DNA of 64,000 nucleotides from Eledone cirrhosa (Eukaryota): NCBI GenBank assembly GCA_964016885.1, contig OZ024740.1, positions 217,310,001 to 217,374,000 of the forward strand, read 5' to 3'. Shown piece by piece: positions 1 to 12,720 of this stretch (position 1 is its first letter; each line of letters starts with the position of its first letter). The notes under the pieces were generated by a model. It saw only the letters and a program-made list of their open reading frames with translations, ran no database searches and was not told where the DNA came from. The position numbers and the translations under genes were made by a program.

Positions 1-43
1 ATATCATCCTGGGACGATAGTTGCGTTCTCATCAGATAAAATA
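1..43 (-). ncRNA. Hammerhead ribozyme, 5' half only (truncated by window edge)
   Basis: Reverse complement reads TATTTTAT-CTGATGA-GAACGCAACTATCG..., homologous to the motif at 3044-3113. Confidence 0.55.
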
Positions 44-1085
44 AGGTGACATGATATTATGTCTAAAAAAACACTTGTGAACAAGAAAGTGTACAATCAA
101 CATATGATAAAACAATATAAAAGGAGAGAGAAGATTGGAAAAAAGAAGGAAGAGGGAAAAGGAAAAAGAAGGAGAAAGTAACGGAGGAAAAATTTAAGAA
201 GGAAGGAGGAGAGAGAAGGAGAGAGACTTTTAATCGGGAAACGCTGTCAAAACTGAAAAACAGCTGTGAATAACGGCTAAAAAAATAAATAAATATATAC
301 GGCCTCGAAATAAATAAATAAATAAATTGATGAGCTTTATGTGCTTAAATTACAGATACAGAAACTAGGTATATTATTTATTTAGGGTTTATATACTAAA
401 AAAAATTGATTAAGATGTGTGCAAATGTATTATTAAAATAAAATAAAGTAAAATAAAATTAGATGATTTATAAGCGTAGAAGACAATATAATGTTATCGT
501 TTGTGTAATTGAAAAATGTGAGAAAAATGTGTGAAGAGATATTTATGTGAAAAAAATATATGTGTAGAAAAAAAAAATAAGGGTAGTCAACCCATGTCAA
601 AAATTAAAAATTAAAAATTTACTATTACAAATTATAGATTATATATAAACATTATAAATTATATATAAAAAAAAATATATATGTGGGAAAACTATTTAAA
701 TATTTAAATATTATTTTAATCCACAAGTAAATAAAGGAAAATCTTATAATTATATAAGCGTAGAAAAAGCGAAGAAAAAAAACGTCATAATTTGTTTACA
801 AAATCTACGAAGGTTTATACTGAAAGAAAATTGATATGATAAAGGAGGAAAAATGAGCGGCTTAAAAATAGTGAGAAAAAGAATATAAAGAAACATTAAA
901 TATGAACTATTTAAATATCATTTTGTATCACCAAGTAGATAAAGGAATTTGCTAGAGTGATTTAAAGCGTAGAAGACCAAACAACGTCATAGTATGTTTA
1001 AAACTTTGTAGAATGTACTCAAATATGCGAGAAAAAAAGTGTAAAAAGATATTTGTGTAAAAAAAATATATATGTGTAAAAAATT

Positions 1086-1682
1086 TTAACCTTTATTCGT
1101 GGAATAAGATATAGGGTATAAGCTGTATACTTTCTGAAATGACCTAAGAGATTTATGGATGCAGAGAGCAAATAAATCGGTGCGTCTATTTATTATAGAG
1201 TTGAAATTTGAGATAATGGTAAATTTTTCAGCTAGACATAAATTACAAGCCCTAGATATGGAAGCATTAGAATATGGAGAAGCATTGCATATTTTACGCC
1301 AAGACATTTTGTAATTAATGTTTTTGTCTTTTAAGGACCAGATGAGTTCTGAGAGTGCAGTGTTTGTCCTTTTAAGTGGATATTTAAATGAAGAGGAATG
1401 GTTATATAGACTTGCCTTAAAAGAAGTAGAAGTAGAGCCAATGTAGGTATAAGAATTGGTACTAGTTAGCACCTTACATTCGTATACTAGATTTTTATCG
1501 AGACAGAAATTATTAAGAGGACATTTAGTTCTATTAGGGCAGTTGCATTTACGATTAGTATTATTAACAGAGTTATTTGCAAGTGGCCCAGGATTAATTA
1601 TAATAGGAATTGTAGTGGTGGAATTAGCTAAAGGAGGTGCTAATGTTTCCTGATTTAGATTACAAATTGAAGCATTCATCAA
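1086..1682 (-). pseudogene. PLE C-terminal GIY-YIG endonuclease fragment
   Basis: CNCxxxxxCPLxxxC, then LVYECKV...YIGST..FK...NH, LSELIW, CNLCLAEK: the C-terminal endonuclease pattern of Penelope-like elements. Confidence 0.85.
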
Positions 1683-2128
1683 AGTTACGTTTGACGTCGT
1701 ATTTATATTTAAGTTATCTTGCCAAGAGTTTATATTGACGTCGGGCCTTATAGTTTTAGTATTATGACGCTCAAGGTTGGATGCATATGAGTTATTATTT
1801 AATATTTTAGTATTATGTTTTGAGATAATGTTAGAAATGTTGGAAGTGGTGGAATATGAGAATTTAATGGTATGCTTATTAAAAATCTTACTACAAATAT
1901 GTGAAGGAGGGAAGCAATTATCTAACGCCCTAAAAATAATTTAGGGATATTACTAATAAGTGAAAGAGAGAATGGACCGTTGTACCAAATGATATTCTTA
2001 TATCTAGGTCTCCTCTTTATGTTATTGGTATGCTTATAACTAGCTATATTACTATAAGTTCTGCCAAGATTGGTTTCTTTAGTGTATTTAGTTTTGTATG
2101 GATATCCAGCTCTGGATAGCGCATTATT

Positions 2129-2881
2129 TTAATAGTTAGCGTTAGCATCAAAGACAAGTTTATTAGAAGATAGATTAGAGATTCTTTTTTCAACATTTCT
2201 GATTATAGCAGTTTTAACATTAATAGGGTGGTTTGATTTAAAATTTACATAATTTAGTTTCTCATTATCCTTATGGTATGAGTAATATAGGCCGGTATCT
2301 AGATTAAGGGATATATCTAGGAAGTTAGCTAATTTAACGTTGTTCTCAAATTCAATTTTTAGGTTAAGGTGCTTAAATAGTTCAAGTATATTATCAAGAA
2401 TAATATTAAGGTTTACTATGTTACAGTTTAAGACAGTAAAAAGGGCATCATCACGATATATTCCACCACGAAGTTGAGGAATTTTCCGATTTAAAGAGTT
2501 CAAGATGAAGATTCCAACCAAGTCTGTCGATTGCGCTGAATCTGACGAACCCATGGTGATGTCAAAATTGTTGGAAGTATCAGCTCTTGTCCAATATTCA
2601 TTGTTAAATTCCAGGATAGTTTTTCTTGCGGTGAGAATGATGTTCAATTCATCTGCAGTGATGTCCGAGTATTTAAACGCATAAGAGAGAGCCTTGTTGA
2701 GGAGTGAAGGAGAAATAGAAGAATAGTAACTGGTAATGTCAAACAGAATAAATTTTAGTTTGTTTTTATTATTCAGGTCATTGAACCAGTCTATCACATC
2801 AGAAGTACCCAACGATAAATTTAATTGAGAATTAGAGCAAACATGTGGGATAATTCTATCCAAGATGGATTTACTAACAAC
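2129..2881 (-). pseudogene. PLE reverse transcriptase fragment
   Basis: FDITSYYSSI, FDITMGS, GIYRDD, NFLDISLNL and YVNFKSNHP motifs. Followed by stops and frameshifts. Confidence 0.88.
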
Positions 2882-3043
2882 CCTCCTTCCTTCTTAAATT
2901 TTTCCTCCGTTATTTTCTCCTTTTTCCTTTTCCCTCTTCCTTCTTTTTTCCAATCTTCTCTCTCCTTTTATATTTTTTTATCATATGTTGACTGGACACT
3001 TTCTTGTTCACAGTGTTTTTTTAGGCATCATATCATGTTACCT

Positions 3044-3113
3044 TATTTTATCTGATGAGAACGGAACTATCGCCCAGGATGACATTTGTTTTTGAAATGC
3101 GCATAATAAAATA
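3044..3113 (+). ncRNA. Type I hammerhead ribozyme in PLE pLTR
   Basis: Stem I TATTTTAT/ATAAAATA, core CTGATGA, stem II, GAAA, palindromic stem III TGCGCA, UA cleavage site. Confidence 0.8.
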
Positions 3114-3313
3114 TATGGAACTTTTTTAACCATTTTTTAATTTCTTCTTTTCTATACTCCAGTTCTATCAACTGTTGAGTGCTACTTATCTGATATATGC
3201 ATAGTTTTATTGTTCTACAATAAAACCCACCCCCTTCATTAACCTGCTCCTTGATTGTTTGAGCGCTAACTCTTATATCGGATACCATTGATGGTCTCTA
3301 CTTCTTTTATAGC

Positions 3314-3997
3314 ATGGATTACTACAGCATCACAACTTCACTTAAAGACACACCTATTCCGGGAAAAACTGAATACATCAAACTTTTGATTGAAAAAACG
3401 GACTCTTTCGTGCGAAGGCTTAGATGGATCCCATCTTTCCATGACCAGCGCTTAAAAGGAAATTTTTATATAAAGGAACATAATAATATTGATTCATTAT
3501 TTAACTCCAGAAGAAATCCTCCTTTCAATAAAAACCTAGCACATTTTGAAAATGAATTAACTAAAATTATACGGGGACTTAAATTCAAAATAAACCCTTA
3601 TCGAGGCCAGGAACACCGTATCAACCTTAAGAATAAAATTATCGACCCTAATTCTTCTAAAAACGTTTTAGTTCATTCTGACAAAACTAATAATGTATAC
3701 GGTATAACTAAAGATAAATATAATAACCTTATCCTTAAAGAACTAAGGAAAAATTATCGCAAAAATAATCTTGAGTCTATTAATTTCGAAGCATTTGAGA
3801 TTATTTCTAAACTTGGTATCGGGAAAAAAACTGAACCCTTCTTCCCAAGAATTCCCAGGATTAATCTGAAAGAGCACAAAACAAATTTTCGATCTGAATT
3901 GCCTGTAAGACTAATTTCCCCCTCTAAATCCGATCTAGAGGTTGTTAGTAAATCCATCTTGGATAGAATTATCCCACAGGTTTGCTCTAATTCTCAA
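3314..3997 (+). pseudogene. N-terminal part of the same PLE ORF (inverted)
   Basis: SLKDTPIP...LIEKT..RRLRW, SDKTNNVY, LKEHKTNF, VRLISPSKS..VSKSILDRII. Its last residues overlap the start of the minus-strand RT piece. Confidence 0.85.
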
Positions 3998-4885
3998 TAT
4001 GATTTTATAAATTAAATATGATAGTATACTTTAAAATTAATACAGAGATTTATAAAATTTTATAGCCTGAAATATTATACACTTTGATTAATTCATTACT
4101 CTGAACTAACTTAAATGATTTGAAAGTTAACGGTCAACCGGATACGTTTGGATAGTATATATAACTAATTAACTAAGGACTGGAAATTAACCATCATATA
4201 ATTACACCCAGTTATATTTAAGATTTAAATTGATGAATACTTCTAGATAATTCATTAATTCAAAGATTCGAGTTTACTCTTTCGCAAAGCTATGTCCAAA
4301 TGTATAGTTCTGTATGGATATATATAATTCATCCCTCCCTATGTTTTACACTATAAAAATTATTCCCCTTTGTCTCTCTTTCCTTGATCAATTCTCTTTT
4401 GCTCTCTATACTTCTACTAGCTACATTATCCCCTTTCTCTGTCTTTCTTTTTTCTTTACTCTTTCTTCAATAATTAAAATTATTTGAATCTCTAACAGTT
4501 ATGTAAATTGCTGTTATGTATTTTTAAGCTTTCTCACACGCACCCTCTGTATTATATGTAAGTTTTTTCATGTCTCAATCTTAAGGTATATAAATATTGA
4601 GTTTTGTCATATGTTACTCACTACCATGACTGAATCTTAACCATCTACTATGTCAGGGTATGTCATGCATCATCTTATTTTATCTGATGAGGACGTACTG
4701 TTGAAGTTAGCTCAGTACCTCTGAAATATGTATAATAAAATATACTTGATCACAAGAATTGTGTATTTTTGTTAATATTTTGAATTAATATTAATAACTC
4801 CGGAAAACCATTTCTATTGAGTGCTTCCAATCTATTGTAAAACTCATTCTTTGATTTATTCATTGAACCTTGTTTAACTTTTAAA
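3998..4885 (+). mobile_element. Non-coding PLE-derived 3' segment/pLTR
   Basis: ~4015-4620 is homologous to ~21220-21825, and 4790-4885 is the reverse complement of ~19495-19587. Contains a hammerhead motif and ends at a (TA)n run. Confidence 0.6.
4676..4742 (+). ncRNA. Type I hammerhead ribozyme
   Basis: TATTTTAT-CTGATGA-GGACGTACTG...CAGTACCTCT-GAAA-TATGTA-TA-ATAAAATA. Confidence 0.78.
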
Positions 4886-4900
4886 TATATATATATATAT

Positions 4901-5168
4901 AGTGAAAGAGTGAAGAATAACATGGTCGGCTGTACAAAAACGGTTTTATTTACATTATTAACAATTGAACAATTGTTTCATTGATCAGGTGTGTCTAAAG
5001 GCCGCTAATCACTCGAAGTTGCTTCACCTGACCTTAAATACATTGTGTGTCTCTGATTAAATCATCGGAATACTGGCCTCGAGACTCACCTGATCAATGA
5101 AACAATTGTTAATACTGTAAATAAACCCTTTTTGTACAGCCGACCATGTTATTCTTCACTCTTTCACT
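4901..5168. repeat. Inverted repeat (~95 bp arms), probable PLE pLTR inversion
   Basis: 4901-5003 is the near reverse complement of 5075-5168. Carries GAAACAATTGTT, which resembles a degenerate hammerhead 3' half. Confidence 0.7.
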
Positions 5169-5350
5169 ACTCTTACTCCAAGAATAACCTACATGGTAAT
5201 TCTCGCAAACTCGCTGCTCAACTAAGGAAACCTCTTGTTGAGTCAAACAACGCCGTACGTTAAAACTATCCATAGTACAGAATACTCACAACCTCTAACT
5301 GGGGATTACCTAAAACGATAACTTGATATACCATATCTCCTCCGTTTTGT

Positions 5351-5720
<370 letters not shown>

Positions 5721-5992
5721 AAATGAATAAAGTTAGTCCTTCATCAGTGATCTTCTAACCTTCATTGGTATTTCATCGCTTTAAAGACCATATACCTCCG
5801 GTTGGTGCGAGCAACGGCTAAAGAAAGTCGTTGGGACACGTAAATAAGGGGAACGAGCGAAACTGTAAACAAACAAAGATGGTAAAGCAACGAAAAGTGA
5901 GGAAGAAAGAGTCAAGTCCCAGATTTCCGGTGAAATCGTGAACGAATATATATATATAAATATACGTATATATAAATATATATAAATATATT

Positions 5993-6258
5993 TGTATTAG
6001 TGCTCCGACATAGTGACATACATATGAATATACGTATTAAATGCTTATGAAAAGGCCTTTCGCAATGAATATTAAGGTTGTGACGTCACATACCTAGCTT
6101 CAGCAAAAGCAGGGGGAAATAATCGACGATGCCACCGTCTCTGACTTATAAGTGGTTACTAAGATTACATATCTCTCCGCCTTTACTGAAGCTAAACTAA
6201 GCTGGATTCTTTTACAATCCTGCTTACGTTTATGAGCTAATGTCGGAGCACTAATACA
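5993..6258. mobile_element. MITE-like element with 19-bp perfect TIRs (TG...CA ends)
   Basis: TGTATTAGTGCTCCGACAT at 5993-6011 and ATGTCGGAGCACTAATACA at 6240-6258. No clear TSD. Confidence 0.6.
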
Positions 6259-6263
6259 TTGGT

Positions 6264-6578
6264 AAAAAAAAAAGACACCTTTCGGTCACGAATGACCACG
6301 GGATGTGCCCCTAGAGAGTTCCCTCCAAGGCACAACTCCAGGCATGGTTATTTAAGGAAGACTAGTAGTCACCCAACCATGCCAGTCTCCCCTCTCCACA
6401 CCACCGATGTTGTCCAAGGGAAAGGCAAAAGCCGATACAGCTTGGCACTATTGACAACGCAACTCATTTTTACAACTGAGTAAACTAGAACAACGTGAAA
6501 TAAAGTTGCTCAAGGACACAACACATAACGCAGTCCGAGAATCGAACTCACAAACTTCCGATTGCAAGCACAACGCTT
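6264..6578 (-). mobile_element. tRNA-derived CORE-type SINE
   Basis: Reverse strand shows B-box GAGTTCGATTC followed by CORE-like TGTGTCCTTGAGCAA; bounded by an A-run at 6264. Confidence 0.65.
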
Positions 6579-7160
6579 GAAATTTATGTTAGATGGATAA
6601 AAATTCATGCATTCATATTCTTAATGTACTATTACAGTACCCGTTCCATGCAAATACATTTATAATTCTATTTTAACAAAAACTATAAACGACGTTACTG
6701 TGGAAATACACTTTAAATTAAAGCAGAAAGAAATATTGTCCTTCCTATCAGTCCCCACTACATTAAACAATTATAGCTATAACTGTCGCAGTATTTTTAT
6801 TTGTCAACTAAATGTAAATAAACTATAAGTCGTATAAGATACATAACATATTCAACATATCTAAATACACCGTTGGATACCATTAATATAAATACACTTT
6901 GGTTTTAGACAGCAACTTTAAAAGATATGGCTCGAATGAGATGTCAATCCCACAATTTCAATTGTGGTCACTTCGTTAAAAGAAGTTTACTGATAATGAG
7001 GAATAATTGAGTTGGCCCTCGTAGAATAGACAGTAATGCTCTCACAAGCCCATAAAATATATTCAGTTAAAATTTCATTAGATTATATATTAAATGAATA
7101 AATTCTTCAATTTAATAAGTTGCACTAAATTAAATGATTACGAGATATTGTTTCAAATTG

Positions 7161-7286
7161 TACGGTCTGAGTTCAAATCACGCCGAAGTTTACTGTGACA
7201 TTCATCCTTACGGGGTCGATAAAATAAAGTACAAGTAATACACTGGGATAATTTCTGGCCTTGTGCCAAAAGTAGAAACATTTATT
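7161..7286 (+). mobile_element. Octopus-type tRNA-derived SINE (Deu/Nin-like central domain), 5'-truncated
   Basis: GAGTTCAAAT B-box, TTCATCCTTACGGGGTCGATAAAATAAAGTAC core, GGCCTTGTGCC..GTAGAAAC tail. Further copies at 16557, 18580, 20022, 47792 and 57920. Confidence 0.8.
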
Positions 7287-8167
7287 CTAAATTGTATTAA
7301 GCTAGAGTTAGTTAGATAAGCAAGAGTCGCCACTGATATAGGTGTATTAATATTTATTAATTATTTCTATCGTGCAATGCCAGTGCATGAATATATTTTT
7401 TAAAGTGAGGAAAGACTGTGCACTGAGCCAATCCCACTCTCTGAGTGACAGTAGCTATAACCCGAAAATAAGAAAAGATCAACATCGTCGGTAACTGAGC
7501 CGCAGGTTTTATATCGGAGTTATCCCAGTTCCCTGAATTGCCTTCTCCTAGAAGAATTGACTGACAAAGGCTAGGGGTCCAGTGGTTTAACCGCGCGGTA
7601 CATGTGTATATACATATTTACACACTTTTGGATGGCCGTTGATTCTCATACATACATACATACATACATACAAAGATATTTGTCCTCTATTATATATAGC
7701 TATAAACAAGTTTCAAGTGTTTGTGGTCCACCCTTTGACTTCAGAAATTCAAATCCAAATTCAGATATTTTGGGGCGAGATGGGCAATGTATCATGGAAA
7801 AATATTTTACAGAAAATCTACAAGAATTGTATTGAAACCTGATTGAAGAAATTACCATTAATTCATTAACATTTTCACTAACAAAGTATATATTGTCTAG
7901 TTTGGTGTTATAAATTGTTTACAAATCATTGTTTGTAAACACATTGATTGACATGTGCAGCAAATTACTTTCAAATATAAATAACTTGGGAATTTGTTTC
8001 CCAAGCTATTGTAATATGTCACTGGTAAAGGTGGCACCCACATCTTCAAGGATATTTCGGGGTAAATGGTGGTTTCTTAAAATGTAAAAATAAATTCAAA
8101 AGAAGTGAAACTGAATAAATTAATGTTGTTTAATTAATTAATTCAGTTGATCACGTTGAACAAGGAT

Positions 8168-8176
8168 TATATAAAG
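8168..8176 (+). promoter_or_regulatory. TATA box of gene A
   Basis: TATATAAAG about 100 bp upstream of the ATG; conserved in copy B. Confidence 0.65.
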
Positions 8177-8271
8177 CGTTCTTCTTAGACATTTTGTTAG
8201 ACCTGTCCTTGTTTCGAACAAGATAACAACCATCACAAATCTATAACAGGAAGATAAACCAACTGACCACC

Positions 8272-8332
8272 ATGTTGTACGAAATTTTAGTAGTATTAGC
8301 AGCATTTTCATTCGTAAACTGCTACACCAACT
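8272..8332 (+). CDS. Gene A exon 1: signal peptide MLYEILVVLAAFSFVNCYTN
   Basis: Kozak-like ACCACCATG, hydrophobic signal peptide, phase-1 donor GTAAGT at 8333 that joins exon 2 in frame. Confidence 0.88.
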
Positions 8333-9866
8333 GTAAGTAAATCATATTACTATATTTTGTATATTTCTTGGTTTCTTTCTTCATATTATTATGATCTCTG
8401 AGTTACACACTCTATCGAGCAACGTTACTCCAGCCGACTGATTTTACACCTGCCTGTCGTGATACCATTTACAACCCGGCTACGCATGTCAATCTTGTTC
8501 ATAAAAGTAATGAACAGGAGAGGAGGCAGTATGCACCCTCGGCGGAATCCTTCTCTCTCATTTAATGGCATCGATTTAGCACCATTTGTCCGAAAATAAA
8601 TTCTCCTCTATAATCGTATAGAGACAGCAGGGAAGCAAGAAGCTGACAATCGATCCCATACTCCTGCAGAACCTTCCACAGCAGGTTTCGACTAAAATGC
8701 TGCTTTTCAAAATATATTTTGAAATAATTCTAGTCTACATTAATGTAATCTGGACGACAACAGAAACAAGTAAAGTCTCAACCACAGAAGAAACTCTAAA
8801 AATAAAAAAAAAGGACAGATGCTGGATATCGTTCCAAAAGATAAAAAAATGAAGGGCAAATTTCAAGAGAGTAGACTTTGTAGCAGATGACATTTCGTGT
8901 TTAAAGTATAGATTCTGATTGAACATGATTTAAAAAGATAAGTTATAACACTGGCCATCACTTTAAATCACAAATATCTATGCTACAGAAACTTTCCTTA
9001 TTGCAGTAGCTGTGAAATACATATATTTCTGGGGTTAATGGGGGTTTAATTTGATGGAATATCAGATTTAATGAAGCCTATCACATTGCTAAGGATAGGG
9101 AACCAATAGTGAAAACAAATTGGTGAATATAGAGTGAACAAAATCAGTTCTGTTGGAGACTGTTTTATGGAATCAGAAGATGGTGAAGAAATAATCATAT
9201 TCTATTCTAAAAAAGGGAGTCTTTAACACTGTCTCTGCTCTTAATCATATGTGTGTGTGTGTGTGTGCGTGTGTGTGTGTGTGTTTAGAGGTGATACGTG
9301 CACGTACACTGTTTTCTGATAGATATGTTAATACAAAAATATTGTAATAGATTCAGGTGTCCATATGTGTGTCACATTTGTTGTAATTTACTAATGTAAG
9401 AAAATATTTTGAACTAGAAAAGGTGTTGCACTCAATATATAATAAGTTTTATTTAATATGAGTTCAAAACTCATTATCTTGTGAAACGACATAATATTTT
9501 TGAGGGCCCTGATTAGGACAAGAAAAAAACATTAGATATTTTAAAGAAAATAATTAAACATTTACATCATTAAGTAGTATATCTAATTGTTATAGATACA
9601 ATAAAATAATACAACATTTTATAAACAAACAGAAATAATTATGATTGAAATCTAATTATCTTGCGAAACTCCAGAATGTTTTGAGGGACCTCACTGTGGA
9701 AAATACAGCATTAAATATTTGAAATTGTTTACATTAATGCAAAGAGTTTAACTTTGATATTGTTAAGTATTATTATATCTAATTGTTATAGATTCCATAC
9801 AAATAGAAAAATCAATGATGTACATTAAAGCTATATATTGAGATGATAATGTTATTCTTTTTACAG

Positions 9867-11788
9867 ATGAATGTACCCATAATGGAAGAAGGTATGAAGG
9901 TGCATTTAGCATCGACTGTAACACGTGTGTGTGTCTAGAAAGTGGACGAGCGCAGTGTTCAAATAAGATATGTGACTATGGACAACGATCAACATGTTGG
10001 TATGAAGGTAGACGTTACACAGTAGGACAGACAATCCAACAGTCATGTAATACATGTGTATGCAGAGCCAATGGTCAAATGGATTGTACAAAGAATACAT
10101 GTCAGTGTACATATAAAGGAAAAAATTACAATATTGGCCAGAGGTTTAATGAGGATTGCAACCAATGTGAATGTTTATCTAGTGGTATTGTACGGTGTTC
10201 TAACAAACGATGTCAATGTTTTGCCAATGGAAGAACATATCCAGTGGGGGCTACCTTTCAAAGGGAATGTAACACTTGCAAGTGTGACATTAACGGCAGA
10301 ATAGTGTGTACTGACAACATATGTAAATGTTTTGAAAATGGAAGATCTTACCCCATTGGTGCTACATTTAGCAAGGACTGCAATACATGCACATGTCAAC
10401 AACATGGACAGGTCCGATGTACAAATAACCCGTGTCAATGTACACATAAAGGACAGGTTTATCAAGTTCGTCAAAGATTTAATGATGATTGCAACCAATG
10501 TGAATGTTTATCTAGCGGTACAGTGCAGTGTTCTAACAAGGCATGTCAATGTTTTGAAAATGGAAGATCTTACCCCATTGGTGCTACATTTAGCAAGGAC
10601 TGCAATACATGCACATGTCAAATAGATGGTCGTATACAGTGTACAAGCAACCCATGTACTTGCACCTATAACAATATGGCTTATAATTTCGGACAACAAT
10701 TCAGGAAAGGTTGTAACACCTGCACTTGTCAACAAAATGGACAGGTCCAATGTACAAATAACCCATGTCAATGTACATATAAAGGACAGGTTTATCAGAT
10801 TCGTCAAAGATTTAACGATGATTGTAACCAATGTGAATGTTTATCTAGTGGTACAGTGCAATGTACCAGTAACGTCTGTCAATGTACATACAACAACCAG
10901 GTCTATAATATCGGCGCTTCATTTAATCAGGACTGTAACACCTGTAGCTGTCAACAAAATCGACAAGTCCAATGTACAAATAACCCGTGTCAATGTACAC
11001 ATAAAGGACAGGTTTATCAAATTCATCAAAGATTTAACGATGATTGTAACCAATGTGAATGTTTATCTAGTGGTACAGTGCAGTGCTCTAACAAGCCATG
11101 TCAATGTTTTGAAAATGGAAGATCTTACCCCATTGGTGCTACATTTAGCAAGGACTGCAATACATGCACATGTCAACAAAATGGACAGTTCAAATGTACA
11201 AATAACCCATGTACTTGCACCTACAACAATATGGTCTATAATTTCGGACAACAATTCAGGAAAGGTTGTAACACCTGCTCTTGTCAACAAAATGGACAGT
11301 TCAAATGTACAAATAACCCATGTACTTGCACCTACAACAATATGGTCTATAATTTCGGACAACAATTCAGGAAAGGTTGTAACACCTGCACTTGTCAACA
11401 AAATGGACAGTTCCAATGTACAAATAACCCTTGTCAATGTACATACAACGGTAAACGTTATGATGTTGGTTCTATATTCTACAATGATTGCAATAAATGT
11501 CAGTGCTATGATGATGGAAGAGTCCAATGTGAACAGAAAATATGCCCCAAACCCTGCGTATTCAACGGACAAACCTATTCTGTGGGAGAATCGTTTAAAA
11601 ATGACTGCAATACATGTACATGTGGACAGTTTGGTCAAGTAGGATGTACTAACAAGTACTGTCCTAAAACATGCCAATACAACGGAAAAATCTACACAGC
11701 TGGCCAAATATTCACGGCTCAAGATAATTGCAATACATGTCGATGTTCAGCTGGGCAAGTCAAGTGTACCAACTTAATATGTGGTCAA
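9867..11788 (+). CDS. Gene A exon 2: 17 tandem 6-Cys pacifastin-like/half-VWC modules (secreted Cys-rich protein, ~665 aa spliced)
   Basis: Acceptor TTTTTACAG ending at 9866, open frame, repeats of C-x16-CNxCxC-x3-G-x3-C[TS]xxxC (mostly 111 bp), donor GTGAGT at 11789. Confidence 0.93.
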
Positions 11789-12720
11789 GTGAGTATGGTT
11801 TTATTACTCTTTTATTGTCTCAAATATTTACAATTCTATCTTTCCTCTTATGTAATTTGTAGTCTTTTAGACACATTACATAAAGATATCATTACAATTT
11901 CCCTGTGTAATTACTGCTGTGATATAAGAAACAGGGGAACATCATCATTAGCATAGCTACCATTTAGTGAATGTTTGTGAGAGTATGACAGAGGTGATGG
12001 CATTCATTCATTGCTCCCTTGTGACCGATGAGATTAATTTTAATAATCTTTCACATAAATCGCTGCAAATTGATGCCGGTAGGTATGATGGGAACATGGA
12101 GAAAATTCGAGAAGGCCGATATTCTCTGTAGGAGAGGTAATCTGTAGAGGGTTTCTGTGGATCCTGGTGGGCAGACACATTATGAGTGATAAGAAATGGA
12201 GATACGATTGAGTTGGAATTGTCTGAGTGGAGGTGACATGAAACCAACCATCTTAGAAACTCTACACCATTGTAGTAGCAGTAGAAAGGGTAATGAAATA
12301 AGTCATTACGACAGTGATTAAGAGACTGGGGTGTGGCCTTAAACCGATTAGTCAAGAACATTTATCTGGATGTAGAACATCATATCTCCAGTCGTATGTC
12401 AAAATAGATGGCAATGTTATAGTCACTTTTATATAACTATGAAATATATATTCTCTTTCAAAGAAATGCTTCAGTAGGAATGTTATTGGACTTACCAACA
12501 TTCTGGTTAAAGGTTCAAACGTTCACTGCTGTTTCGTTTAATTTCCAACTAAGGGAGTTAATTCAACGTAACTTCGTTCCTTTATTTATCGCTAATATAT
12601 ATGTATATCGATATGTTAAGGAATTTTACCTATATCTAAATTGTTATATTTTGTAAGTCATTTATTTGATATTGTTTCAATATCAATAGTAATACAATAT
12701 AAAACTTTATTTCATTACAG

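Larger units (their letters stand above)
1..3997 (-). mobile_element. Penelope-like retroelement (probably Naiad-type), degraded, with inverted 5' segment
   Basis: RT and GIY-YIG fragments on the minus strand. N-terminal ORF piece plus pLTR on the plus strand (2882-3997). Region 1-210 is the reverse complement of ~2882-3083. Hammerhead motif in both pLTR copies. Confidence 0.88.

Noticed and set aside
1086-1682. Possible selenocysteine recoding, as known for some Naiad PLEs
   Set aside because: The conserved Cys positions translate as Cys with no in-frame TGA, and I could not identify a SECIS by eye.
10056-11722. Alternative-frame and antisense ORFs overlapping exon 2 (likewise 45172-46727)
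   Set aside because: Shadows of the repetitive Cys-rich coding frame.
11789-11956. Hydrophobic C-terminal extension of the ORF-track protein (apparent transmembrane tail)
   Set aside because: Lies after a consensus GTGAGT donor, and the paralogue is frameshifted there by one extra T, so it is intronic read-through.
12008-12361. Antisense ORF in intron 2
   Set aside because: No recognisable motif, and it is shorter in the paralogue (47034-47252); possibly old transposon debris.
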